This document shows, in pieces, positions 39,271 through 52,830 of a DNA stretch of 64,000 bases; within the stretch, counting starts at the first letter, position 1; each line of letters opens with the position of its first letter. The position numbers and the translations under genes are program-made. The notes beneath the pieces are model-generated. The model searched no databases. It was given only the letters and a program-made list of their open reading frames with translations, and was not told the DNA's origin. The stretch comes from Kondoa subrosea (lineage: Eukaryota): positions 124,001 to 188,000 of the forward strand of contig BCIN01000004.1 in the NCBI GenBank assembly GCA_039545335.1. Reading direction: 5' to 3'.

Positions 39271-41800
39271 ATGACTACCACTTTGCCTGCAACTGGCGTA
39301 CCTGTTCCGTTCCAAAGAGACGAAAAGGCCCAGCTTGCTCCAAGTTCTAGTATCGAGGATGAGAAGACTGCACATTTCGGGGAGCAAGCAGCTCCTTCAC
39401 GAGTAGCTGTGAGTCGTCTTCTTCTACCCTTTCTGAGAGTTAGATCTTAATTCCATGCGCAGGAACTCGGATTAACGAAAGGCCCGGTGTCTTACTATCC
39501 CAGTACACCGGAAGAGATAATCTTGAACAAAAGAGTCAACCGGAAGCTCGACTTGATCATCCTGCCCATGCTGTGCTTGAATTGTGAGTAAATTGACTGT
39601 TTATAACCATATAACTGATTATTCCCGAAGATTTGATGGCCAGTATCGATAAGGGCTCTCTGGGAAATGCTGAAACCAATCAGTTCACCAAACGAGCCGG
39701 TTTGAAGCCTGAAGATTTGAACACTGGTGTTTCAGTTCTCTTTGGTGCGTCGGACTCCAGCAGATACTGGCTTTTTCGCTTAAGCTATGTTTTTTTTTTT
39801 TTGACTGTCACAGCATCTTTCGTCTTCTTTCAGCCAATCAGTACTTCTCTTTCTCGCCGATTTTCACCTAAGCTTTGGATTCCGTTTTTGATGATGTGAG
39901 CTTCCCCTTCCGCTTCACTAAGAAGGAGGATGCTCAAACACTAGTATCAGCCTATGGGGAGGTGTTTGTGCTGCTCAAGCTGGAATCCACAACTTGGCGA
40001 CTTTGGTGTCACCTCGATTCATTCTCGGAATGGTATGTCTCGGTTTGCTGACAGTTCGAACACCTACTGACAGTGCATCAGCTGGAGGCAGGATATTTTC
40101 CTTCTGCAGTCGTGAGTCGAGCGATCATTATTTGTGGGCTCAAGATCGACTTCCTAATCTGAACTTATCTAGTACTATTTGTCCACGCTCTATCCTCGCT
40201 ATAGTTTGGGTTTCCGTCTTGGACTGTTTGCTGGTGTCTTCTCTATCGCGTATGTATTCAGCCTAACCAGCTTCTTGTATTCGCTGAAGTCACGCTACTT
40301 ACAGATCGGCCTTTCAAGGTGCTATTGCATACGGCTGCTTCCAAATTCCTGAAACTAAGCTTTATGGTTATCAATGGTGAGCTGCATCAATCGAGATTGC
40401 GAAGGGTTCTTGTCTAAAAAGAATCCAGGCTCTTCATCATCACGGGCATTTTGACAATCGTCTTTGGAGCGGCTACCTACTTTGTTCTGCCCGCAACTCC
40501 AGCCTCTGCTTGGTTCTTATCAGCTGAAGAGAGAGACCATGTTGTCAGAAGAATGCAAATTGACAGTTCGTGTTTGCCTCAATGGCCTGCTGTACTTCAT
40601 GTCTGAGTATAATGCACAGTTCAAGACATCGTCAAAGCTGATGAAGAGGGCAAACAACGCTTCCAGAAGGTCACTGCTCGGGATTGGAAAGATTCGTTGG
40701 ACTGGCGCAAGATCTTGACTATCGTTTGCAATATGTGCGCAACAACCGCAGTAGGAAGTTTTGGTACTTTCTCGCCTCTGGTATGTGCCAATCTTCTACC
40801 AGGATCAGTCGGTATTCACGGATAGTGTTCAGATCGTCAGAGGAATGGGTTCGTCTGTTGATCTGTCGATCGCGAGAAACCACTGATAGCGATTGTGTTG
40901 TTAGGGTACAGCTCTATCAGAGCGAACTTGATGACTGTACCACCATTCGTTGTCGCAGCCTTCGGTCTATTTTGCTTCGTCTACAGTTCTGTAAGTTTAG
41001 AAGATTAATCTTGTTCACATACGCTTATTGCTCTTCCAACTGTTGTAGGATCGTAGAAGAGAAAGAGTCTTTCACTCTGTCGGTGGTCTGATCTTGGCTA
41101 TCATCGGTTTGGCTATCATGTCCACCTCAACAAACAACCCTCTTCGTTATGGCTTCCTTTTCGTTTGCTTAGCTGGCGCGTTCGTGCCTGGACCATTAAG
41201 TAAGTCTCCTCGGAACAAGCGAGAAGACTCGCTAAATGCTTGCACAGTTGTTGCCTGGCTGGCTGGAAACACTGCTGAACCCGGTTCGTAGTTGTATATA
41301 TCGACAGTGGAATCCACTGACAGCGATTGTATGTTCAGGTGTCAGATCTATCATCAGTAAGTCACAGTTTCGCAATCCTCATCGGCTAAATGAACTGCTA
41401 CAGTCGGCTACAATGGTCTCAGTAACATTGCAAGTATCATCGGCAGTCAGCTATTCAAACCCAAACACGCACCTCGCTACAAGATGCCATTAACAGTTGT
41501 TATGTACGTACAAAAAGCCATTTCAGTCTCGCGCGCTGAGTTATGATTGATTAAGGTGTTTGAGCGCTTTCGCTGCCGTTGGCTTCGTACTTATCAGATT
41601 CTCCTACGTTTGGGAAAACAAGAGAAGACGTGCCCTCGTAGCCAAAATGACTGACGAGCAGCTGCTCGAGGAGAAAAATTCAGAGTTTGTCTTCCTGTTT
41701 CTTTTTTGATTCTCTGCTGACTTTTCTTCAACAGTGTTAGACGAGGGGCCAAAAGGTTTATTTCATGTATGGGCTCTGATCAGAATGACGGGAAGAAAGG
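39271..41800 (+). CDS. MFS transporter, allantoate/nicotinate permease (ACS) family (3' end approximate)
   Basis: RKLDLIILPML, SIDKGSLGNA, RFILGMLEAG, YPRYSLGFRLGLF, SNLMTVPPF, multiple TM segments, many short exons. Confidence 0.85.
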
Positions 41801-42217
41801 GACATCACATTTGTACTACGGAGTTCAGTTACGGTTTACGAGAAGGCAATCAATATTACGAGTCGATTCCATGATTTGCACCTCTCGACGCGTTGGATCA
41901 CACAGCTGCAGTCTGAGGAAGGACCAAAACGCATCTGCAAAAGTCGCAAACGCGTCTCGCAGAAACGCGTCCCCAAACGACAGTGGATTTTTGAGCGGTA
42001 AACCAGCCTTTGAGATCAGACAGCGCACTTGCTCCGAGACCACCGAAACCTATCGCTGCTGAACAAAAAGCTTATCTCTCTCAGCAGCAATCAGGACTCG
42101 ATACAAGGACACAGAAGTGATTATTAAGAATGGGTGTACAAGAGTTTTCTGGTGCGTTTCTATCTGTCCGCACCCGTACCATCTGACAGAGACTCCTTCT
42201 CTTCTGTAGAATCGAAT

Positions 42218-43312
42218 ATGGAGAGCCCAGTAATTCACGAGAAAGAAGAGGACGCCCTTCTTGGCAGCAATCACGATATTGAAGAAGATCAATATGAAAT
42301 ACCTGTCAAGCGAAGCCAGAGTCCCAGATCTGCTCTATCACGTCTACTTAGACTTCTGATCGCTCTCGCTATTGGCTCTTCCCTTGTTCTTATATACATT
42401 TATCGGCTGCCAGATTACTTGCTGTTCAAGATAGGTTACCAGCAACCAGTAAAGGATTATGATAAGCTAGTTCTGGTCAGGTCGGGAGAGATGACAGGAG
42501 AAGGGCTGGGCGCTTTCACTACTCACATATCGGACGATATTTACTTGGCTACCCTTTGGGACATTCCGCTCAAGATTGTCTCAAGAGGTTATTATGAACA
42601 TGGCTACAATCCAGCCGAACTTCTGAGTGACCCAATTAAACTCGACGGGTATAAACCATGCGAACTGATGTCGTTTACTTGGTTTGGTCAACTTCGGTAC
42701 TTCATCAAACGAGATGATGATATCACCAGAGCGGAATTGAACAAATTCAAGCAAAAAGCTATCGATTTGGGTTGTAACGTGATCCACCATACCAGCAATG
42801 AAATTCAATCCAAGAACGCCGATAACGTTTACGGCGTTGGCACACATCTTCACTACAACCTCACCGCTGATTGGGTATACAAACATGCCTGCCCTCCTAT
42901 CAGCGAATTGAAGAACGCAACAGCTTTCACGATAAGATGGGGAGACGTAGCTACTTCGGATTGGAACACCAATCGCACTTGGCGAACCATTTCTCCAACT
43001 TATGCAACGCAATTGATTCAAGGCGAACGAGATGCTGGTCATCAAGATGTCACCTTGTTCATGCAAAATGCTTACAACAATGCAACCCAACTCATCCAAG
43101 ATCTGAATCTAACTTATTGGAACAACACAAGCGATCTTGAGACGTTCTGCGAACTTGCAAGTCATCGCCGTATATTCTACTCCTATGGCAACATGTATCA
43201 TTTGGCAGCAGCTTTCCGCGGAGAAGAAAAGACAGTAGTCATCACTCCTGGTTCAGATGATCCCGATAAAAGTGTGGGAAGGAGGCATAAAAGATCTAGA
43301 AGACCGCTGTAG
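42218..43312 (+). CDS. Intronless type II membrane protein, putative fucosyltransferase-superfamily glycosyltransferase (copy 1)
   Basis: Cytosolic N-terminus, one TM helix, GEGLG, FTIRWGDV (like HIRRGD), DLETFCELAS; paralog at 44014-45102. Confidence 0.6.
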   Translation: MESPVIHEKEEDALLGSNHDIEEDQYEIPVKRSQSPRSALSRLLRLLIALAIGSSLVLIYIYRLPDYLLFKIGYQQPVKDYDKLVLVRSGEMTGEGLGAFTTHISDDIYLATLWDIPLKIVSRGYYEHGYNPAELLSDPIKLDGYKPCELMSFTWFGQLRYFIKRDDDITRAELNKFKQKAIDLGCNVIHHTSNEIQSKNADNVYGVGTHLHYNLTADWVYKHACPPISELKNATAFTIRWGDVATSDWNTNRTWRTISPTYATQLIQGERDAGHQDVTLFMQNAYNNATQLIQDLNLTYWNNTSDLETFCELASHRRIFYSYGNMYHLAAAFRGEEKTVVITPGSDDPDKSVGRRHKRSRRPL

Positions 43313-44013
43313 GAAGAGCAACACCAATCGAGGCAAGAAGGGAGAGATGGTAGAGATGGAAGATCAGCCTGTTTCTTCGAATTAGGCTTGCGATCATTGC
43401 TCAAATCCGGGTGGATCGAAGCTCTCCAGGCTGTGAGAAGGTGAAGAACATGTATGGCATTTGTAGCATTGCATTAGAGTATTCTGTATAGATTTGAGGA
43501 CACGCGCACGGATAATATGTGACCCTGATCCCCCTCAAATCGTAGCATACCTCTCGAGACTGGTCTAGCTCATCGACAACTGTATCACACTGCTTACAGA
43601 TTGCCTCTGAATGACTTTCAGCAAAGGTGTCAGATTACCTAAGCACCTTTATGCAAGGTAGTTTCAGGCTTCGAGCCAGAAGTAAGGCAGCTGACTCACG
43701 ATCGTAGCTATGGACCATGTAGGCTACTATGATGGAGCACACCTGCTTATAAAACCTGAACGTCGCTCTGCAGTGAACCACCAATATTTGAATCAACGGA
43801 TTGGACCTCCATCCACTGGCAGTCGGCGCGAACGCCCATCACTCAAAGTCCTGGCGACGCGCTCTCAAGTCCTCCTTGGCACAGATCGTCCGTGTTTACG
43901 GCTTACTGTGGACTGATCGTAAGCGAACTTGGACAAGGCAGTATTCATCTCGGTCAGTATTTTTTTGAGGCCTATACACGCGCAATTGACAACGAGCCTT
44001 CTCCGATCAGATC

Positions 44014-45102
44014 ATGGATAGCCCATTCCAAGAGAAAGAAGAAGACTCACTTCTTGGTAATCGAGATCGCGAAGGAGATCAGTTTGAGAAGCCGTTCAAG
44101 CGAAGCCAGAACACTAAGCAATACCTACAAGTTCTGCGTATAGCTCTAATCACTCTTGCGATTGGCTCCTTGCTTGTTCTTATCTACATTTATCGGCTGC
44201 CAGAGTATTTGCTGTCTCAGATGGGTTACCAAGGAGATGCAGGGAGTTTCGATAGGTTAGTTCTGGTCAGGTCGGGAGAGATGACGGCGGAAGGATTGGG
44301 TTCGTTTACAACTCATGTCTCGGACGATATCTACCTGGCTACTCTTTGGAACATTCCGCTCAAGATCGTTTCGAGAGGTTTTTACGACCATGGCTACAAT
44401 GTCGCTGAACTTTTGAGCGATGAAGTCAATCTCGATGGGTATCGGCCATGCGAATTAATGTCATTCACCTGGTTTGGCCAACTACGGTACTTCATTGAGC
44501 GAGATGACGAAATCACTAGGGCGGAGTTGAACAAATTCAAGCAGAAGGCAATCGAAATGGGCTGTAACGTGATTCACCATACCAGCAACGAGTTTCAAGC
44601 CAAAAACGTTAACGATGTTCACGATGTTGGCACACATCTTCACTACAACCTCACCGCTGATTGGGTATACAAACATGCCTGCCCTCCTATCAGCGAATTG
44701 AAGAATGCAACAGCTTTCACGATAAGATGGGGAGACGTAGCTACTTCAGATTGGAACACCAACCGAACTTGGCGAACCATTTCTCCAACTTATGCAACGC
44801 AATTGATTCAAGGCGAACGAGATGCTGGTCATCAAGACGTTACCTTGTTCATGCAAAATGCTTACAACAATGCAACCCAACTCATCGAAGATCTGAAGCT
44901 GACGTATTGGAACAAGACAAGCGATCTTGAAACGTTCTGCGAGCTTGCAAGCCATCGCCGCATATTCTACTCGTATGGCAACATGTATAGTCTCGCAGCA
45001 GCTTTTCGTGGGGAGGAGAAGACAGTTGTGGTTACACCTGGTGCAGACGATCCTGACAAAAGTCTGAGAAGGAGGCACAAAAGGTCAAGAAGTCGTTTAT
45101 GA
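44014..45102 (+). CDS. Intronless type II membrane protein, tandem paralog (copy 2)
   Basis: Collinear with copy 1, with the same motifs and an identical central protein segment. Confidence 0.6.
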   Translation: MDSPFQEKEEDSLLGNRDREGDQFEKPFKRSQNTKQYLQVLRIALITLAIGSLLVLIYIYRLPEYLLSQMGYQGDAGSFDRLVLVRSGEMTAEGLGSFTTHVSDDIYLATLWNIPLKIVSRGFYDHGYNVAELLSDEVNLDGYRPCELMSFTWFGQLRYFIERDDEITRAELNKFKQKAIEMGCNVIHHTSNEFQAKNVNDVHDVGTHLHYNLTADWVYKHACPPISELKNATAFTIRWGDVATSDWNTNRTWRTISPTYATQLIQGERDAGHQDVTLFMQNAYNNATQLIEDLKLTYWNKTSDLETFCELASHRRIFYSYGNMYSLAAAFRGEEKTVVVTPGADDPDKSLRRRHKRSRSRL

Positions 45103-45804
45103 AGAGATCTCCAGGGAGCGATTACGGGAACACGTGATGAAGGCGAAGAGAACAGATCTTCAAGCTGAGGCGCAGAACCTGATCGCCGAGTCGTGGCGGA
45201 ACAGACGGTCATTAGGCAGTGGAGGAAGAGGGAACTATGTTGAGTCTATACCATTGCATCAGATTAGGGTGTTTCACTGTATAGACCTGTGCATTCGCAA
45301 AGCATAATTAGGATAGTACGCAAAGCTGGCCTCAACTAACCGCTATTCGCTTTCTAGTAAACTAGCTGATCCTTGTTTCGGCAGGCTTTCACCGACAGTC
45401 CCCTTTCGACCGCGTTCACCCAAAGGTGTCTGTGATTACGTAAACATTTTGTAGGCAGAATTCGATACTGTCATTTACTGTGTACTCCTGAACCACGATT
45501 GTCAGATCCTCCCTGCTTCGACACCCAAGATCTCGCGCAATGCACGCAAGATGCTGCTTTGGGGCTGTTTTGCAGTCAACAATGGCAAATTGGCAACTGA
45601 TATCCAACGGCTGTAGAGTCCAGAATCAACACTATAATTACAAAAGGCTTCTAATGGCGTTTAAATAACAACACGATCTTGTTCTGGAATGGTTCACGTA
45701 AATATAGGACGATGGACGATCCAGTGTGGACACAAGACCTTTTTTGGGCTGAAGCTCTGACTCTTTGTAGTCTACCTTGCCTTTGGTATCAGCTGTCCTG
45801 CTCA

Positions 45805-46949
45805 ATGGCAATCTCTCGACCAGCACAAATCCTTCTCGGCGCTGCCTTCCTGATTGGCCTCTTCGCGCTTGCAATACCTACCAATCAAATTCCCTCAGCT
45901 CCAACATTCATCACTTCAAGACTAACGTCGACGTCAACAGGAAATGAAGCCTTTGTGTCTCTTCTCAGTGCAACAGAATATCTGGCAGGAGCATTAGTTT
46001 TAGGACATTCTATCCAGTTGCATGCTTCTCAAGATAAGAGAAGGAGGAAGATCTTGCTCGTTCCGCATAAAGCTATTGAAGAGCCAGAACACATCAGCAT
46101 GTTAAATGCGGTGGGATGGGAAGTGGTACAAGTGGAGCCAATGAGTCTGCCAGGAGAAGTCGAGTAAGGCAGATCCACATCAGTGCTATTCCTAGCTGAT
46201 TGAATACAGTCAACGGTTTATAGACGTGTGAGCCGATTAGCACACAAAGAATTGAATTCCAGCTAACGCCTGGTTGAAGGATAACGAAACTATACGCTTT
46301 CAATATGACTGAATTCACTCAAATTTCCTTGATCGACTCGGATGCCGTGGTGATAGGCTCATTGGACGAAGCTTTCGGCCTCCTGCGAGCTACATCAGCT
46401 CACACTCGTATGGCCTCACCTTTGGCGCCTTCAATCCCTGTGAAAACCCAATGGTTTACCGATAAATTTGCTGGTCACTTCAACGCGGGCGTCATGTTTC
46501 TCAAACCTTCCGCGAACGATTATGAGACACTGGTTCGGTGTTCGCAAGATAAAGATTACTATAGGATAGAAATGCCAGAACAGAATCTATTGAATGAATA
46601 CTTTGGTGGAAGGTTTCTAGGTCTGCATGGTGGCTTCAATCTTCGTCAGTTACTCTTCTCTCGAACACATATTCTGCTGGTCAAGCTGATACCGACAATA
46701 GTCACAATGTACAAAAGCCGCAAATCGTACTGGGATTTGTTACGACCAGACGCAAAAGTCATACACTACGCAGGACCTACAAAACCATGGCATCTCAGTA
46801 CGGGAGAGGTACATGAGGCTAGTCAACTTTGGCGGGACATGTTCAAGAGTATGGTTCAGCTATACAATTTCAAAAAAGAAGACTTCTTGGCAGGTCACTC
46901 CAAAGATGGGATCCGAGGATTCGATTTCGATGGACTAATGACTTCGTAG
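45805..46949 (+). CDS. Glycosyltransferase family 8 (glycogenin-like) with signal anchor
   Basis: AFVSLL..YLAGALVLGHSI, TKLYAFNMTEF..LIDSDA (DxD), FNAGVMFLKPS, EQNLLN, IHYAGPTKPW. Confidence 0.88.
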
Positions 46950-47201
46950 TGGAGTGAGATCGTAGTATTAGTCGTTTTGTCGTTCCTGCAGCATATTGAT
47001 ACCCTTAACTGTACCATAGCATTACATTGAGTGTGCACAGACACTATAGATAACTGTTCTTGTAATCTCGTTCGCGCATTGTCGCCACAGAACTCGTGGC
47101 TTACAAGACCTTGAAGTATAGTACTTGACAATGTTTATCTGTTTCTTTGGTTTCGGCATGTTTCGTTGTTGCACTCAAAGCATACTTGCACAGTATTTAC
47201 T

Positions 47202-49267
47202 TTATGGTGGATATTCTTGAGCGGATGGCATAGACGACTGATCGATGCCTTGCAATAATGTGTCGAACGGTGTAGAATCCCAGTACCCTTGAGCGAAGGC
47301 GAAAGAAGCTTCTTGGTAACCGGGGGTATCGTAGAGAGGTAAGTTGTTCAAGAACGACATTGAAGCGATGGATGGATCAGCGAAAGCAGAGGGAGGGTTC
47401 CAGGAAGAGAAATCAGGTGAGAAAGCCGTATTGACACCTTGAAGAAGATCGGGATTTGCAGGAGAGACTTGCTCCGCTATGGGCGAAGCAGCTCGAGAAG
47501 GTTTGGCGCTCTGAGCACTTCGATATGCTCTCGGTTTACGAAGAATGGCGTTGGTTTGCCGAACGGAATCGACTTTGTTTAAAAGCGAATCGAACTCTAA
47601 GAGATGCATCTTGGCTTGCTGTTCCGCGAAAGGGTCATCTAAAGCCACTCTTGCTTCGATGAGATACTGCTTCGCCCGGTAGAGCATATCAATGTAAGTA
47701 GGGCCAGCTTGATCGACAAGATGAGAAGAAAGGGAGCTGAGTCTAGTTATAAGCTGTCCAGAGAGCCGTGCGATATGATGACGCCCGATAGTTTGGTAGT
47801 CAGAAAATACAAGAGTATGATATCGATGATACAATTCCAGACAGCCTAATTGCTGAGTGATGAAGAGCTGAATTGCATAGACTTGAATTATTGAATCTGA
47901 AGAAGCTGAAGCGTTTTCAGAAGAGGAGAGATTCAGTTGAGGCGAGACTTGATCGAGCGCAACGAAGATGCGTTGCAAGCTTTCGCGAAATGAGCTTCTG
48001 ACATCGATCCCATTGCGAGCTTGTCTAACATCTGAGTGATATTGAAGTAAACAACCTAGAGACATATATAAGCACAATTAAACCATTTACCAGTATAAGC
48101 TAACCTTCGATGACCAGGGAAAGTGAGGTTAAAGCATTGAATGCCTCCAATTGGATCACCAAATGATCTTCCTTCATTGAACGACCCGGTGGCTCAAACA
48201 TCCCACTTCTATGATGCGGTAGTTGAACATGCGCTTCATCCAATCTCATCGCTAAAGGATTGCCGCTCATCATTGCAGTCATAGTTGACCAGTTGTACAA
48301 GGTATAGAAGATTCTTCTTCTCGTTTCTTGTTCTACTAGAGGTAAGGAAGGATCTTCAGTATGATATTGCCAAGCTGAGGCAAAGCGAATTGCTTCAGAA
48401 ACCAAATGAATTGCAATACTGCTTCCAGCCAAATTTTCGTAGACTGAAACGAACATGAGGTTCTGTATGACTGAAACGTGTTTGTCTTGATACATGTCTC
48501 TTGTTCGTTTGCAAGGTATAGCTGCGTTGAAGGCTCTTGCTGCTTGCTCCCATGTTGCAAATCGTTGCTTGAGTTCCGCTGACATTGTGACATCAATCTG
48601 AAGGAACACATGAGCGGATTTTAAACTCGCAGAAGGATGTTCTAACATTATACATGCAATACATGCAAGTTGCGGAACATAATGCCATAAGTAAGCTGAA
48701 GAATCGCTGATCACTCCGATCTTGTCCGCTTTCGAAAGATTCGAGGAAGGTTTGAGGATGAAGGATGGGTACGAAGGGTTGAAGGTGTGAAAAGTATAGT
48801 TGGATGAGGTTTGAGAATTCAGCTCTTGACGCTATTTCTTCCACAAATTTGGCACGACGAGGTCTAGTGGAAGTGAATGAAGTGCTAGCTTCCAGCTGCG
48901 GCTGTGTTGCAGCTGATATCGGTAATGGTTGTGCGTCAAACGAGACATGAAGAGGTAATGCTGTAGGTAGCTTCGAGGGTTGAGGTGGTAGCTCTGACGT
49001 CTCTGTAGATTGCAGTTGTCTCAAAGCAGCTATAGCTGTAGCAGGGCGACCTTTCTTGCGCTGCGTCGGGGTATACGTGCACTCCAACTTCGAATTCGTG
49101 CAAGCTTGACAGCCGGCTTCATTCCCATCACAGCGGATCTTCCTCTTCTTGCAAGCATCGCAGGCCAATGCTACCCTGTTGCGCTTGTTTGAGCCAGAAG
49201 AGGAGTCGACAGGAAGCTGGGGAGACACAGCCGGAGTCCCACTTATGCGTGAGGGATCGTTCTGCAT
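47202..49267 (-). CDS. Zn(II)2Cys6 fungal transcription factor with middle homology region
   Basis: ACDACKKRKIRCDG...CQAC....LECTY, YFSHLQPFVPILH, EQETRRRIFY. Confidence 0.92.
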
Positions 49268-49833
49268 AGCTGCAGCGTGGTGGGATGTAGACGAGAAATA
49301 GTTAACTCGTTGGGTGAAGTCGTCCTACCAAATCTTCTAGCTCGAGTAATAAGCGAATTACTGTTAATTGGAGATTGATGAAATCCAGATTTACAATTGA
49401 AACAGCTGCACACGCCTTGTATGAGATTGCAAGGGTATTCTTTGCAGTGTTTGCACTGTCGGACAGCGTCAATGGCCGCTCGGAACGGATCTCGACATAT
49501 TAATTTGGGCCTTGGCACAGCTTGTCCCAAACAATGAACATAACCGACGCTGTTTCCTCTGCTTCCCCTCTCGTGTTGACTCTCTTTCCTTCACGTACAT
49601 CACATCGAGTGCGGTGCTTGACCGCGCTTCTGTTGCTTTCACGCGTTTGGCTTTGACACCTTGACCCCTCATGACCGTCTAGATTGCTTCTTTCGTTAGC
49701 GAGACTTCTCGACCATGCGATGCATTGTGTCAAGGTTCTTATTCGGAACTTATATAAATGCATCGATACTGGACTTTCCTCCTCTTCTTCCGTATCAACT
49801 TTTGCTAATTCCCCTTTTCTTAAATCTTTCTCT

Positions 49834-52423
49834 ATGCGGCTCTCTTTGATCTTGTTATCTTTTGCTCTTGCAGCAATTGCGCTCCCGCAAACAGACACTG
49901 CAGAGGACCCAAGTTTTGATGAAGGAGCAGCTTCTACTGATGAATATGACTCTTCCTCACATCAGCCACCACCTCCTCCAGGCCCTCCGTCAAATGATAG
50001 GACGATCGTTGAGTAAGTCAATTCCTTGAAATGCTCAGAACTCTATCTCATTGCTTTTGATCTCACAGTCTTGGACCAGCTGGCAAATTCAAAGGTGGAT
50101 ATGTTCAAGGAAACAGTGTCATCACATGGAGAGGTGTGTCTCGCAAACTTTTCTCTGCTCTACGAATAGGCGCACTCAAAATGTTTGTAGGTATTCCATT
50201 TGCGGCACCACCAGTTGGCGATCTGCGGTTCAAAGGACCGAAAGCCTTAGCTAGACAATCACCAGCAGTTCAAGATTTCAGCAAAGACACTGATGATTTC
50301 CCGAAAGCATGTGTGCAATTCGGCAGACCAGCTGAAGCTACTCCAACTGGTGAAGATTGCTTGAGGGTTAGTGCTTGCCTCGATGCATATGGCGCGCACT
50401 AATTCTCAACGCCAGGCTTGGATTTGGGCACCAGCAGGTGCAAAAGAAGGAGACGATCTAGCTGTTCACATTTATGCTCATGGGTGAGACCTGACTCAGC
50501 ACGAGTCGCAACTGTGTGTCTGATCGCTTTGTGTAGTGGAGGATACCAGAATGGTCAAAGGTAGTTGTGTGCAACCTTCTTTGGCACTTATGACTGATTG
50601 TCATTATCAGTGTCACCCACGACTATAGCCAATGGGTCTCTGACGACGCGAAGAACAACACCAAGGGTTTCATAGCTATCAACGCCAATTACCGTTCGTT
50701 CCCCTTCCGTCCCAATACCAATCTAGCGCTCATATCCTTGCTCAGGTCTTGGTCCAATGGGCTTCTTCAACAGTGTCGGATCAGCTGCAGAAAGGGAAAC
50801 CGCTAATGTTGGTCTGCTGGACTTCTCTTTCGCCATCGATTGGGCAAAGAAGAATGTGAGAAAGTTTGGTGGTGACCCGAACAATATTGCAATCAGTGGT
50901 CATTCTGGGTTAGTGTTCCTTAAAGATTTGCGAAGTATCCATCTGACGAATTAATCTAGAGGCGCTGGTGTCGTAAAAGGTTGGTCTACCCTATTTCCGA
51001 AGGCCTTTTGCTTTCGCTAAACTCTCTCCACTACTCCAGACTTGATGGTGCTATACGATGGCAAAAAGGCAAACTTCCAGAAAGTTATTCCTCGGTCTAT
51101 TCAACGCAGTCCTCAATTGCCTGTCAAGTCTTTGACTGTAAGCTTAAGCTTCCGTTCCAATGTTGCCTCTGACCGCTTCCATAGCCTCGTAATGATGCTT
51201 TCGCTAAATCTCTCAACTGCAATGACTCAGCTACGACTGCCGCCGGTGCCAAGAAACAGCTGGCTTGCCTTCGAAAAGTACCAGCAGAAACCTTGAGAGT
51301 GGCTGCAGAAGCCTTTGCAAAAGCGCTGGACGCTTCTGGGTGAGTCGCTTGTTCCCTGTTACTGCTGGGACGCACTTACAGGATGCTCTTTTTCCAGTTC
51401 GCTCTGGTCAGGGTGGCTGCCATCAGTGGATGGTACTACTTTGACGGATCAATCTGTTCGTCTCTTCAGAAACGGCCAATTCACCAAAGTTCCTATGATG
51501 CCTTCTTCCGTTACTGGAGAGTTTGCTGGGTTCGCACCAGTCGGTCCTCCAGTCGTCACCGTCGATGTTGTCAAGAAGTATGCTTTTGGTGTTGGAGACA
51601 AGGTTGCAAACCGGTTCTTAGAAATCTATGTGAGACTCTTTCTGATGCTCCTTCGATACGATGTTCAATCGTACCAACACAGCCCGCGCCCATCGTCAAC
51701 TCTTCATACGATACTTCCACATATCCTGACTCTACGCATCAGCTCTGGGCTTTGGTCGATGAGTCATTGGCAAAATGTATGTATGGTGTTCTACCAATAA
51801 CTTGTACTCGCTCACCTCAATACTTCTGTTCTATCCCAGGCGCTACATCTATGCTGTCTCGTGCTGCTACAAAAGCTGGTCTAGACTCATATGAAGTGAG
51901 ATTTAATGCTCCTCAACCCGGATATGCCGCATACCAGGTGAGCATTCGGTTTCTTCTCGCTGCAAGCCTAATATTTCTCATCGCTGAAAAGGATACAACC
52001 CACGGTTCTGATAACTACTATCTCTAGACGAATACAAGCCAAATGAACGCAACTCAAGCCGCTCTTGCTTACGAGTAAGTTCAGTCCAACCTATCAAGAC
52101 ATTCGCTGACCAGTGCGTTGAAGAATGCGCGCTTATCACGCTTCCTTCATTCGGTTTAGCGACCCAAATGTAGAAAAGTTGGCTTCCTCTCCAGTATGGA
52201 AGAAAACTCAAGTCGAACACAGATATGAACCAAGAATGGTTGTAAGTTCTTCAGTTCTGATTACAAACAAATCTGATCGATGCCATAGATGTCTCTTCAA
52301 ATCGAATCCACTGCTCAACATCAATACCCCACAAACTCAGGAATGGAGCTTGTGGACACTGCAGAATTCGATAGATGCACATATTGGCTATCAGCTGAAG
52401 TGGATGACGAGACAAAGCAATAG
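49834..52423 (+). CDS. Secreted type-B carboxylesterase/lipase
   Basis: Signal peptide, GIPFAAPPVGDLRF, EDCL, HGGGY, NVGLLD..FGGDPNNIAISGHSGG, THGSD. Confidence 0.88.
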
Positions 52424-52830
52424 AGAGTAACAAGGCATTTGGTTAAGATACCATACTTTGGTGTTTTTATTCTCATTTGGTATGGTTCAGTAATTCTACA
52501 GATTGTGTCGGGTCAAATACACGAACAGTCTTTACAGTCATCAAATGCGAACCCGAGTCGCAGACCTTTCGCTTCCGTCTATGCTTGATTCCGTACGCTA
52601 ACATCGGATTGTTCTTCTTTTGCCCTACATGCCCGTTTCTTCTACGCTCCCTTTACTCGAAGCTAGCACATGCTGCCTCACCTTTGTCAATATCTTCTGT
52701 CATCTACTATTGATTGTCCTCATAAATGCGGTTACTAATGCAGGCGTTGTAATTGGCTTAATTGGTTCGCTGCACGTCATCTGAAGCAATCCCCTCTTGT
52801 CCTTTTCTGTTTACTTGCATCCTCGCTCAG

